From NCBI RefSeq assembly GCF_024521635.1, contig NW_026250446.1, positions 62,001-126,000 of the forward strand: DNA of 64,000 bases, written 5' to 3'. Below are positions 13,033 to 24,183 of the stretch, piece by piece. Made by a program: the position numbers and the translations under genes. Under the pieces are notes generated by a model that worked only from the letters and a program-made list of their open reading frames with translations, was not told the DNA's origin and did no database searches. The stretch comes from Tricharina praecox (taxonomy: Eukaryota). How positions within the stretch are numbered: position 1 is the stretch's first letter; each line of letters starts with the position of its first letter.

Positions 13033-15111
13033 TCAATCAAACCCAGTGAACTCCCCTACTTCCTTCCCACCCTCATTGCCCAGTGGAGCACCTCCATCGC
13101 CCTCATCCTCACTCTCGCTGGCCTCCGCCAGCTTCCGCCTCCGACTGCCTTCCAACGCGCCCCTCTTCCGATCCTCCATCTTCCTCTGGAACCCACTCTT
13201 CGTCGAAATCCTGTGTTTCGCATCCTTACCTTGGCGCACCTCGACACCATGCAGCTTGAGCTTTTTCTTGTCGTTCTTGCTCGTTTTTGGTAGCGAGTCG
13301 AGAAGCCACTTCTGTACGCCGCCTTCGCCGCCACCGGAACCCTTCGCCGACGCGCGGATGACGTTTGCGATTCCCTTGATGTACGGAATATCTTCCTTCG
13401 TGCAGTAGGTTATTGCCGACCCGCCCTCACTCCCGGCACGCCCGGTGCGGCCGACGCGGTGAATGTAGCTGGCGACGCTGGTTGGCAGATCGTAATTGAT
13501 GACCAACTTCACGCCGCGGAAATCCATACCGCGCGACAGGATATCGGTGGTGATCAGAATCCAGATCTCGCCGAGCCGGAAGCGAGTCATCGTCTCGGAC
13601 CGGACCGTGTCTGTGAGTTCGGAGTGGAGGACAGCGATGCGGCCGGGGGTGGGAAGATCATATTGGATTTCGTTGTAGAGTGCTTGTGCGCGCGGGATGG
13701 ATTGCATGAAGATGAGGAGCGGGGGTCGGAGACTGGTGGTGAAGAGGTTGCGCAGCGCGAGGAGTTTTCCCGCTTCCGTGGCGGCATAGACGATGGATTG
13801 GGAGATGGAGGGAAGAGAAGTATCTTTGATCCCAACGACGAGGCGGAGCACGGCAGGGGGGTTGGTAGGAGATTCGAGGAGTGTCTTCGTCATCAGGTTT
13901 TCAGTGGTGGACGGCATCGTGGCGGACCAAAGCGAGGTCCTCAGACAGCCATTTTTGGACCGGTCTCGGATTGTCTTCCAGATCGACATAGTCTGCTCGA
14001 GAAACAACTCATCGAGGAGTACGTCGGCCTCGTCGAGGACCAAGCCCATCAAGCCCGTCATCGAGCTCTCACCAGCCGACTCGATGGCATGCTTCAAGAC
14101 CAGCGGCGTGGAAACGACGATATCCGACTTCACACAAGGCGTCTTATCGTCCTCCGGCACCGTGTCCTCCGCTGAAACTGGTCGATGTCCCTTCTTGAAT
14201 TGCGAAACCTTGATGCCTGTGCCTTCGATCAACTTTTTCACCTCGTTGGCGATCTGCCCCACAAGCTCCTTCGTCGGTGCAAGAATCACAGCCTTGATCC
14301 CCTTCTTGCCTCCATCTTCTTTCCGCGCCCGCAGAAGTCTGTTGACGAGCGGCAACACGTACGCCAAAGTCTTTCCGCTTCCCGTCGGTGCGCACACGAG
14401 GAGATCCACCGGCGTCCCCTTGCTCACTCCCTCAACCTCCAAATCTGACTTCATCAGCACCGGCAGCGCACCCATCTGCACCTCCGTCGGGCTGGCGTAT
14501 CCCTGCGCCAGGACGTTCGCGTAGACCCGTCGGGATAGGTTGTAGTTGCGCAGCTCGGGGAACGCCATCATCGGTGGTATGAGAATGCCCGTCTTCTTCG
14601 CCTTCTTCTTTGCTTGCGCTTTCTCTTCCTCTTCCTCCTTCGCTTTCGACTTCTTCTTCTTTTTCTTGTCCCCGGCGTTCTCGTCTTCCTTTGGCTCATC
14701 CGTACTCGCGCTCAAGACGGTGAACTTCAGTTTGTTCGCCCGCAGCCGCCTCCACACCTCCTCCTCGGTCACGACCTCTTCGTTCACTTCCTTCTCCTCA
14801 TTCTCGTCCTCCTCCTCCACCTTTGCGTCGCTCTCTGCAGCTTCATCATCGCTGCCGTCGCGCTTCACCCTCTTCCCCGCCGACGCCGTAGCTTCAGCAC
14901 CCCGCTTTTGTCCCTGTCCGAAAAAGTCCGGCACCGCAACATCCGCGTCGACTGCAATCTTGCGTTTCTTCGCACCTTTCGCGCTTAGGACCACCGGTGT
15001 GGGTTTCGATGGAACGGGGTTCGACGGGACGGATTTAGATGCAGCGGGTTTCGATTGTGCGGGGCGCGAGAACGTCGCGGAGCGCGTCAGGAGTCGGAAG
15101 ACGTCGGTCAT
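13033..15111 (-). CDS. ROK1: ATP-dependent DEAD-box RNA helicase Rok1/DDX52 (ribosome biogenesis)
   Basis: Intronless ORF with Q motif (PTEVQ), APTGSGKT, PTKEL, DEAD, SAT, SRGMDF and HRVGRTGR. The N-terminus MTDVFRLLTRS and the LRPPLLIF/RAQALY segments are typical of Rok1. Confidence 0.9.
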   Translation of the reverse strand: MTDVFRLLTRSATFSRPAQSKPAASKSVPSNPVPSKPTPVVLSAKGAKKRKIAVDADVAVPDFFGQGQKRGAEATASAGKRVKRDGSDDEAAESDAKVEEEDENEEKEVNEEVVTEEEVWRRLRANKLKFTVLSASTDEPKEDENAGDKKKKKKSKAKEEEEEKAQAKKKAKKTGILIPPMMAFPELRNYNLSRRVYANVLAQGYASPTEVQMGALPVLMKSDLEVEGVSKGTPVDLLVCAPTGSGKTLAYVLPLVNRLLRARKEDGGKKGIKAVILAPTKELVGQIANEVKKLIEGTGIKVSQFKKGHRPVSAEDTVPEDDKTPCVKSDIVVSTPLVLKHAIESAGESSMTGLMGLVLDEADVLLDELFLEQTMSIWKTIRDRSKNGCLRTSLWSATMPSTTENLMTKTLLESPTNPPAVLRLVVGIKDTSLPSISQSIVYAATEAGKLLALRNLFTTSLRPPLLIFMQSIPRAQALYNEIQYDLPTPGRIAVLHSELTDTVRSETMTRFRLGEIWILITTDILSRGMDFRGVKLVINYDLPTSVASYIHRVGRTGRAGSEGGSAITYCTKEDIPYIKGIANVIRASAKGSGGGEGGVQKWLLDSLPKTSKNDKKKLKLHGVEVRQGKDAKHRISTKSGFQRKMEDRKRGALEGSRRRKLAEASESEDEGDGGAPLGNEGGKEVGEFTGFD

Positions 15112-15476
15112 TGTATTGATCAATCGCGGGCAGTGGTGGGGTGTAGTGGAATGCGATGGACGCGGTGAGGGAAGAGCCGCATGGAATTTTTCTACTGTCT
15201 CGCTTATCGAAAGGCGCTAACTAACTAATCATCAGGCACGTGAAAAGTTAACAACGCGACGCCACAGCGATGCCACAGCACAGTCCGTGTGCTACGACGG
15301 GAGTGCCACTCTAGTGATATGTTATGAATGTGAATAGTCGTACAGTACAAACGCTAAATTCCAACCGCCAGGTCTAAAAGATACAAAACAGCAAAGACGA
15401 CAATATACGCCCCAATTCGCTGCAAGATCTCAAGCTCCATCCGACAAAGCACACCATCTGACCATTTTTGCACCAC

Positions 15477-15677
15477 TCACGACCCCGCCGCAAACCGAAC
15501 CGTCTTTTTGCCGCTCTTCTTACCCGACTTCAAATATCTAATGCGCGCCAAATGGTTCGCCCACTCTTCATACATGCGCAGCTTCTTGCAATCGGGGTTC
15601 GTGCAGATGGCTATGTTCATTTCATTTTGCACGCCCCAAAATGTGCATTTCCTGGTGTAAGTTAAAGGTTCCGCCAT
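15477..15677 (-). CDS. Small hypothetical protein (66 aa), degenerate RanBP2-like Zn-finger spacing and basic tail
   Basis: C-x2-W-x3-N-x6-C-x4-C spacing; ATG preceded by a C/A-rich leader (ACAACAACACGGAC-ATG); C-terminal KKTVRF. Confidence 0.4.
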   Translation of the reverse strand: MAEPLTYTRKCTFWGVQNEMNIAICTNPDCKKLRMYEEWANHLARIRYLKSGKKSGKKTVRFAAGS

Positions 15678-16060
15678 GTCCGTGTTGTTGTGAAGTGCTT
15701 GTGGTGGAAGGTATCTTGAGCGATTTCAGTAATACTCGGAGAGGTAGTTTGATAGGAGTTTGGTTGTGTGTGATCTGGAAGATGCGGTACCGTTGGAAAT
15801 GGAGACTAAGATCGAAGGTTGTGATGGTCTCTTAAGCTGCGGGCGAACCGATACATGAGATCGGGTATTGAAGGCGCCGCTGCAACTTCGACCTTTCAAA
15901 GTAGGCCATTGGGATCTCAGTGAACCGCGTTGAAGAGGGATCGTGTGCGGGGGCGATCTGTTATGATACTTAGAAGTGCACTCTGTTCATTGCATAAGTC
16001 AATATTCCGCACTGTACAGTCATTACTGCTAGCATAGGTATGCCACCCGCACCCCCAGCC

Positions 16061-17038
16061 TCAACAACCCCAGTCGCACTCCCGCCCACGCCTACCATTC
16101 GCCCTAAACGGTCTATGTCCTCGGCCATCCCCCCTGCTATGTCCTCGGCCGTCTCCCCTGACGGGCCAATGTCCTCTGCTATCCCCCCTGCTATGTCCTC
16201 GGCCGTCTCCTCTGGCCGGCCAATGTCCTCGGCCATCTCCCCTGACGGGCCACCGCCCTCCACGGGAACTACTCCTCCTTCCTGGCCCCGGTGAAAAGGC
16301 ATGAGGGCGCGGAGCACCCCTTGCGTGACGAGCAGCATTGTTGCGACCCACCATGTCGATCAACTGGCGGTTCTGAGTTTGGTAAATATACTGGACTGCC
16401 ATACTGTGGTGTTCGAAGCTGAAATGGTCTATCGAAGCGCCGCTACGGATGAGAGATTCCACGCCCCGTGAGTCGCCCCTTCTCATCGCATGGATCAAGG
16501 CGGGTTGACCTTGAACGTAAGCGTTGGGGTCGTAACCGTGGCCCCGAGGCATCGGCTGGGGAGGGTGTCTTGAACTAGCCATGACAAGTTGTGTGCTTCC
16601 AGTGCCGCCAGAGTTGTAACCCGAGCCGCCACTGTGACTACCGTAAGCGGAGATACTATATACGTTATTCCCGGTAGTATCTTACTAGTGACCAGTGTAG
16701 TAATCACCACCGTTGTAGCCCTCGTTGGCGTTCCCGTAGTAATCACCACCGTTGTAGCCCTCGTTGGCGTTCCCGTAGTAATCACCACCGTTGTAGCCCT
16801 CGCTGGCGTTCCCGTTGTCATTACCACCGTTGTAGTCCTCGTTGGCGTTCCCGTAGTAATCACCACCGTTGTAGCCCTCTGTGGCGTCCCCGTAGCCAGG
16901 ACCTCCATAGCGCTCGTCGCCGCCGAATCTTGGACTTTCGTAGCCCTCGTTGTCGCCGAACCTTGGACTATTGTAGCCCCCGTCGTCGCCGAGGCCAGTA
17001 TTTTCATCATCGTCACTGTTGGAGCCGTTGTAGGCCAT
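16061..17038 (-). CDS. Low-complexity protein (~315 aa): G/Y/N/D 13-aa repeats, one ankyrin-like repeat, RGDGRGH repeats; exons 17038-16686 and 16655-16061
   Basis: ORFs 16685-17038 and 16061-16582 join in frame after removing GTAAG..TATAG (16656-16685). 39-bp repeats encode EGYNGGDYYGNAN. DPNAYVQGQPALIHAMRRGDSRGVESLIRSGASID is ankyrin-like. Confidence 0.6.
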
Positions 17039-17857
17039 AGTCCGTGGAGTTTGTTGCTGTTACAGAGCGGGTGATGATATAGATTCGATCAACAAGGCTG
17101 GGTTCTTCGTCGGAAGCGTATTGGAAATCGACAAGGCGCCGGTACTAGGTGTAAATAAACACAATTTTGATCGTCATCTGTTGCTCGCAGGTGATGCTTT
17201 TGAGCATGGCGACCATGGCCGGTCTCACTTCTTATATACTTTCCTGTACACCCTCAGAACGCAGCCACAGCCATGACGGCTTAATATTTGTTGGATATTA
17301 TTGGCCGCATGTAGAATATCCGCACTGCGCAATGCGCACATGGTTTACCATCTCCCGCCACTGCGCACAACTAGGCCACCGTCGCGATAACATAAATAAC
17401 ATAATGCATAATACCAGGGTCTACTATATGCTAATTGTGGGTATCTACCCCGCGTATGTGGCGTTCTCTGGTGGTTGTGTGGGGTTCTGGGCTCGCGCGG
17501 CAGTGCTTCACCAGATAAAGCCGAGTCTCGACTCTCGTGCTACATACAGGCTGGGCGAACATGCGCGTACTCAGCCGCACCCCCTTCCGCGTGCCCACAA
17601 TTTCTGTGACACTCAGCGACAGATCATGAAGAGTTCAGTTCATTGGTGGCATCCGTAGCCCAATCGCTTACTTCGTCGATCGTCTGCATTCGCCTTGCAC
17701 AGCACGCTGCAGTGCATATCTAGCGAGTTTTCACCCGGAACGTGACAACTAAAGGATGACCGTCCATATCACGTGATGAAACTATGATCACTCGTCCCGA
17801 AAGGGCCTACACTAGCTTTTTGCAGAAACACGAGTGAGATATAATGAAACCTCCCGT

Positions 17858-17904
17858 CCTCGTCCGAGGCCCAGGGCGGACGGACTGGACGATGGAGAAC
17901 ACTG
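17858..17904 (+). mobile_element. Right-end relic of the hAT MITE family seen at 44885-45706
   Basis: GTCCGAGGCCCAGGGCGGACGGACTGGACGATGGAGAACACTG closely matches 45664-45706 (GTCCGAGGCTCAGGACGGACGGACTGGACTATGTAGAACACTG). Confidence 0.75.
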
Positions 17905-17987
17905 CTGCAGGAGGCCTTAGGTATGTAGTAACGTAGAAAAACAGTGACAATGATGGACTGCTACATTGACTGATCTCCGCCATTACT

Positions 17988-18865
17988 GCTAGGATATGCA
18001 GCACATAACCTCACAACCCCCTCCGTACTGCGGCCCACGCCCACCATTCCCCCTAGCCGGCCTACGTCTTCGGCCATTTCCCCTCCCCTCCCTCTGTCGT
18101 CGGCCATTTCCCCTGACCCTACTGTTCCTCCTGACCGAACCCCGCGTTCTAACGGACCCTCTGTGTGCTGAACGGCCGCTTCCATCTCCTATGACCGGTA
18201 CCCGCCCTCCACCAGAACTACTGCTCGTTCCTGGTCGCGGTGGAAACGGATAAGTGCGCGGGGTAACCCTTGCCTGAGGAGCAAGGGTGTTCTAAGCCGG
18301 TGCGTTGCTACAGTAGTGGTTGTGGGTTTAGTTATAATAATTCACTACTATATTATAGTGTTCGAGGCTTAACAGGTCTATTGAAGTGCCGTTAAGTACG
18401 AGCGCTCCAACATCGCGTAATTCACCCCTTCGTATCGCATAGATCAAGGCGGGTTGACCCTGGACGAGAGCGTTGGGGTCAACGCCATAGTCCTGGGGCA
18501 TCGCCGGCGGAGGGTGTCGTGAGCGAGCCATGGCAAGTTGTGCGCTTCCATTACCGCCAAAATAAGCACCCGAGCCGCCACTGCAACCACCGTAAGCGGA
18601 AATGCTATAGACTGTTCCCGGTACTATCTTACCATTCACCATCGTAGTCATCATCATCGCAGTCATCGCTATCGGAGTCATCATCACCGTAGTCACCACT
18701 ATCGTAGTCATCACTGTCGTCGAAGTCGTCACCGTCGTATCGCTCGTCATCGCTGCCGAAGCCGGTGCCTTCGTAGCGCTCGTCGTTGCCGAAGCGAGTA
18801 CCTTCGTTGCCGTAACGCTGGGTAGACTGGTAGGCCGTACTGCCGTTCCTGCCGTTGTAGGCCAT
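17988..18865 (-). pseudogene. Paralog of the 16061-17038 gene with premature stops
   Basis: Same start (MAYNG), same intron position (18605-18632) and same ankyrin-like segment. CAA>TAA at 18328-18330 and a further TAG at ~18292, while homology continues downstream in frame. Confidence 0.7.
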
Positions 18866-19898
18866 AGTCGTCGATTGTGTTGCTGCCAGCTGGTACAGAG
18901 GAGGTGAGGATAGAGATTCGATCAACAAGGTTGGGTTCTTTGTCGGAAGTGTATTGGGAATTTGGGATCGACAGGGCGCGGGTACTAGGTGTAAATAAAC
19001 TCAATTCTGATTGACATATGTTGCTCACTGCCACCGGTGCAGCTTTTGAGCATGGTCGGTTTCACCTCTTTTGTACTTTCCCGTACAACCTCCGCACGCA
19101 GGGACGCCCAGAAGGCTTCATATGTGCTGGATATTATTTGCCGCATGTATTGTGCTCCTAGAATATGCACACTGCGCGCATCGTTTCCGATCTCCTGCCA
19201 CGCGCTGCGCACAGTCTTCACGTATGCAGGCCACTGTGGCGAGAATACAATCGGTATTACCAGAGTCCGCTATATGCTAATTGTGGACATCTATTGTAGG
19301 GTTACCGGATTACCGTAAAGTATGAGCCGTGACGGTAAAGTTCCCGCCTATGATCTATCAGGCATCGGGAGCCCGCATAGGTATGTGCGGTTCTCTGGTT
19401 GTGGGGGACTCTGGGCGTGTGCGGCTGTGCTGCACCGGACAAGGCTGAGTTTCTTGGCGTAGATATGGCTGCAGACTGTGCGAAAATCCGCGCATCCAGC
19501 CGCATCCCCTTCCACGAGCTCACACCTCCCGTGACATTTAGCTACAGATCATGAAGAGTGATGAAACAGTCATCCTGGAGTTCATTGGTGACATCCGGTG
19601 CGCAATCGCTTCCTTCGTCGATCGTCTGCATATCTACTCTACCTTGCACATTACGCTGCAATGCAAAGCAAGTTCTCGGCCGATACGTATTCAGTGACGT
19701 AACCCGGAACGTATCCACTGAAGTATGACTTAGATAATATGCAGAAGCACAGCGCAGCTGTTCACTAGCGAAAGCATGATCGGTTTATGCATCGACCGAC
19801 GATTCCACTTGTTCAGACATACCAATAGTGCTCGTCAGTGGTCACCCCCTCCGATCGCTCCAGGCGCAATGAAGGAACTACCACGCTAGGTAGGTATT

Positions 19899-20072
19899 CA
19901 GTGTTCACCACCCCCGGTGTGATCTGTAGAACCAGAAAAAAAACAAAAACCGTGCTGGGCTCGATCCTTTTTTGACCAGTCCGTCCGAAAACCGCTCCCG
20001 GACGGACTGCCAAGATACAGCGCAGTCCATTCTGAGGTTCAGGACTGACGGACTGGGCTATGTCGAAAACTT
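19899..20072 (+). mobile_element. Internally deleted relic of the same hAT MITE family
   Basis: 19990-20072 matches 45626-45706 (ACCGCTCCCGGACGGACTGCC..CAGGAC.GACGGACTGG.CTATGT.GAA). CAGTGTTC at 19899 equals the left TIR start. No TSD seen. Confidence 0.65.
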
Positions 20073-20236
20073 GAGTGCATCAATGCAACTGTGCTTCTTC
20101 TGTCCAGATCTGTCTGCCGACACGGACCAGTATGCACGTTCGTGAAGTCTTCCCCGACACATCTATCCTGTTCTGACTCCTCTTATACCGACTAGACCTA
20201 GGCTTCGGTTAGTTTAGATATATGTTTTGTCACAGC

Positions 20237-21305
20237 CAGACCCTCCAACAATTCGAACTGGGAACAAATCGGGGTCGTTTCCAGACCAACCAACTGTTGG
20301 GGGGGTAGTGAACTGAACCAACTGGCAAACTGAACCAACTGCCGGGTTTTGAACCGAGAAAACTGCTTGGCCCAACAGTCCAATGAGACTTAAAATGTTT
20401 TCAGCTAAACCTGTCGCCACCACAAACCCACTGGCCAACCACGTACAACCCACCACCCACAGGCTACCATCATATGCAGGTCGCTGCCCCAGTTGACGAG
20501 CGCCAGGACTATGCTTCATTGCCTGTGGAGAAGAATGGTCGAAGCTGCACTGCCGCATTCGAATGGTGGCTGAAACCGCCACAGCAACTGAGGTTGAACG
20601 GCTGTTGTCTGACTGCAAGATGATTCTGACTGTTAAATGAGCGTTCAGAGATGTAGCCGTTGGATATTGCCGCTCTCGCCGGAGCACCACCGCCGGCAGA
20701 CGAGCAGCCGCCAGAGGCGATGCACGGGTGTGTATATATAGCGGCCTACCGCCGTGGCTGTAGAGAAGTCAAGTAATTGGGACGATATATTTCACACTGA
20801 CAGATCATCAGCATCCCTGGGTACCGAGAGTGTTGAAGTTCTGGAGAGTATCAAGAGGCTCAACCACCGTACTCTCACCATGGGCAGATAGCATTAGAGA
20901 GGGAAATAATTCAAAATCAGTACTGTACAAATCTTCTATCGCTATTTCCGTGCCCAATCCAACCTATTATACACACTAAACTCATTTTCTGTCGCTTTTG
21001 CCGTGACATTAGGACCCTATGTCGGCCTATTTCCCTCCCCTGACTGAACTGTCAGTTCCATTTTTATCGCTTTTTCCAGACCAATAGGACTCGATGTTGG
21101 CCAATTTCCCTCCCCTAACTAAACTGCCAGTTCATCTGCTGAACTGATAGTTCTGCCAGTTTTCCCGGGAACAACTGCTAGACCTACCTAAACCAACTGG
21201 GAACTGACAGCCTCTATTCCCAACTGAACCGGGAACAAAATCAACCCAAACTGAACTGTTTCAACCGGTATTCCCATTTCAACTGACTAACTGTTGGAGG
21301 GTCTG
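20237..21305. mobile_element. Non-autonomous hAT-type element (MITE), 1069 bp
   Basis: TIRs CAGACCCTCCAACA / TGTTGGAGGGTCTG; 8-bp TSD GTCACAGC / GTCACAGT; many subterminal AACTG repeats. Confidence 0.9.
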
Positions 21306-21730
21306 GTCACAGTGGATCTGAGCGAGAGACAGAGAGAGATAAAAACGTGGTTGTTTAGATACAGAAGAGAACGAACGGGCAACATTGAGAGTATATAAAG
21401 AGATACAGAGCATGAAAACCTAAGTTCCGTCATTTCCATCATCCAAGGTCATGCCATGATAATTCCCCTCGTGATATCAAGCGAGTTTGTCATGGAGTCG
21501 GCCATTGAGTCGATCACCCGCCGATCACACGTCCGCGTTGATGCTCGAGGCCATTTAACAGGATTCCTTCACCGACACTAAGTAGACCTACCAGACGTTA
21601 TCCACCCAAGTCTGCCATGGTCGGCAGATATCAGGTTAACCATCAGCAGCGAAGTTTCCCTTAGCCTCCGGCGGTGGGCCGAGCGGCTCGGGCGCCTAAT
21701 CTGTTTTTTGTTAGCCAGACGTATCCCGAC

Positions 21731-22635
21731 CTATGCATGGTCGGTCCGGATATATCCTGTCCTGACCAGATAACCCTCCCTCCCTCCCTCACACGAGTAC
21801 TCCACGCTGACTCGGCCCGTAGGCAAAACCCAAACAGCAAAAACCTCGTCCCTTCGCGCAGCGGCCAGGAAAACGATGTTTTTTTTAGGGGAAAACCCGT
21901 AGGTAAAAAACCTCACCACGTAACCTGTGGGCATGGAATATCAGGGGGTTCACTCACCTCTGCTCCCGACTCTGCGCTCGGCCCGTCCGCCTGCCATCAC
22001 GCGCCAGCGGTCCACCCCATACGTCCGCAGATCGTATCGACCGTGGCCCCGCCCTCCGCCACCAACACCAGTCTCTCCTTCGCCGCCGCGTACCGCTTCG
22101 TATCTGCTGCTTGCCAAAGCTTCTGAGGAAAGGTGCCAGCTTTCGTCTGCCGCTTTGCGAGCAGAGAACGGAGTGGACACGTCGAGTAGATGCCAAACCG
22201 GCGGGCGACTTCTACTGGCAGCTCGGAAAGGCTGGGCTGGCGGCCTTTTCTCACGAGCGGCGACTCGGCTTCCAATCTGACTGGCTGACTAATGCACACA
22301 TGGCCTAACACAATTACCAGCAACGCAAGTAGGTATGCGCCAGGGAAAGAAACTTACATCCGGCACGAGTATGCCGTCGGGCGTACTCTTCGCGACACCG
22401 CTGGCGGGTCAGCACGTTCTCGGCCGCGCTGAGCTACATAGTTATAGTACCTATCAGTCTACGTAATCATGGTAGTGGATTATGATATCAAGAATGAATT
22501 GCGCGGACTTACATCCTGAAACCGTATTGCGCCTCTCCTCACCTCCTTAATGGCCAGCACGATCGCTGCCTTTATCTCCTCGGTTGTTGCGGTGTAGGCT
22601 GCACCGATCAGGGCATAGTAGCACCTGATGGTCAT
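21731..22635 (-). pseudogene. J-domain-like (HPD-less) family, copy 1; exons 22635-22513, 22433-22358, 22304-21958, 21924-
   Basis: Spliced product MTIRCYYALIGAAYTATTEEIKAA..RFQDLSAAENVLTRQRCREEYA; introns GTAAGT..TAG (79 and 53 nt) and GTGAGT..CAG (33 nt). An extra segment at the end of exon 3 introduces TGA at 21997, so this copy is truncated or a pseudogene. Confidence 0.7.
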
Positions 22636-23523
22636 CGTGGATCTTTTGGGTAATCCGTAAAAAAAGTGTTGCGGAGAGCGAAGAAAGTTGTCGAGATTGT
22701 TGCTGTCGGTATTGTGGCAGGAACGGGGGAGATGGTGTGGGAAGGAAGGATGGATGGTTGTCGTCGAACGATTTATAAGAGTAGCAGAGCCTCCGCGAGT
22801 CCTCACCGTCAATAGCACCTGGGAGTTGAGGGTCGTTTGCGCAGGCTTGATTCACTCTGACACTCTCACCACGCCCGTCGGCTAGTACATCAGGTGAAGT
22901 TTGATGGGGTCGAACGCGGCCCGGAACCACCAAATGAAATCGATGACGACTATCCAGGCTTATGGCGGCTACTTCCCATCCTGCGGCAGGATGTTCGACA
23001 ATGAGTGGTTGGTAGGTGACGGAATTGCAGTCCCGACCTGAAGATTTTTGTTCTGGATATATCCCGACCTATCTCGATTCTCGACCATGCTCAAAATTGG
23101 TCGGGATTGGCCTATGTAGAACACTGGCTCAAACCCATATGGTCCCCTATATCTTCCTGGATGCCCATTGAGCCATGTGCAGAACTACATAGCTACAGAT
23201 ATCACTACAATACAGATAGACACCTCAGAAAAACGTCGGGGGTCTGCCAATCACTGTACAAAGTCGCGGCGACTTCACTCCTACTATTTCCATGGTTTCT
23301 GACAAAATCCTGAGAGTAAACTAAAGTAACATCGCAGCAATGAAACGTCGCCAATTGTACCCCCCAGTTTTGCCATTTTCCGAACCATTTCTTGGAGATT
23401 TCCAAACGTACACTGACAATCGATGGGAATAATATTAGCGAAACCAAGTTACATGCTATGAAGCCGGAGTGGAAATGGAACTCACCGACAATGAGCGACA
23501 TATGCCTTTGTCCTCCGTCAGGA

Positions 23524-24183
23524 TTAGTAGTCGGCGTCAGGCCCAAAACGCAGAGGTCCCCTGACCACTCTCACAAGGTACTCATCAGATACCCTTGAGG
23601 GACGGTTCATAACTTGCGAAAGCGTTTGAAGAGTGCGGGGAGGCATGGCCTCATCCCGACCAGATCGGGCCATGGTGGTCATGAACGCACGGGCCCTGTT
23701 TTCTTCGCGTTCATCCAGCTCGTCAGCTGCGATCGTCATCTCTTCGACCGCATACGAAGAGTCTGGTGCACTTCGGAAAGGTCCACCGTGCCAAACGGAG
23801 TACACCCGTGGCTCAAGATTGACGAGGCGAATGCACAAGCAGCCATGAGTGACACACAATGGGCTCATGCGGGGTTGGCTGATGACTGGGCTTCTGTTAG
23901 TGACATTTTCGATCTTCTGGAGCACGGACGCCCTACCATGAAGAAAACTGGTCGTACGCATGATCTCGACAGGATGGTTAGGGGCCATGGGGCAGACATA
24001 GACAGGTGGCATTTCCATCTCGGGGTCGGCTTCATTGGCGTTCATGCTGGTGTTACCGACGCCCTGCGGAATGATCCTGTTGGTTAGGAGATGCTTCAAG
24101 CGCCACATCATCCGAAGGAACCGAAAGTGGAGGATGGAAGCCCGCGTTCGCATCACTGGCTCGGGTTCTACCGGAGGAGCCAT
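23524..24183 (-). CDS. Hypothetical protein (219-aa ORF, may contain an intron)
   Basis: Open frame with ACA-ATG-G start and protein-like composition; no recognisable domain. Confidence 0.4.
   Translation of the reverse strand: MAPPVEPEPVMRTRASILHFRFLRMMWRLKHLLTNRIIPQGVGNTSMNANEADPEMEMPPVYVCPMAPNHPVEIMRTTSFLHGRASVLQKIENVTNRSPVISQPRMSPLCVTHGCLCIRLVNLEPRVYSVWHGGPFRSAPDSSYAVEEMTIAADELDEREENRARAFMTTMARSGRDEAMPPRTLQTLSQVMNRPSRVSDEYLVRVVRGPLRFGPDADY

Larger units (their letters stand above)
16015..19730. repeat. Diverged tandem duplication of a ~1.75-kb gene-plus-promoter unit (~16015-17760 and ~17975-19730)
   Basis: Collinear matches: CATTACTGCTAG (16021/17981), GATCAAGGCGGGTTGACC (16493/18442), GGTACTAGGTGTAAATAAAC (17141/18981), CTTCGTCGATCGTCTGCAT (17671/19613). 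Confidence 0.9.
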
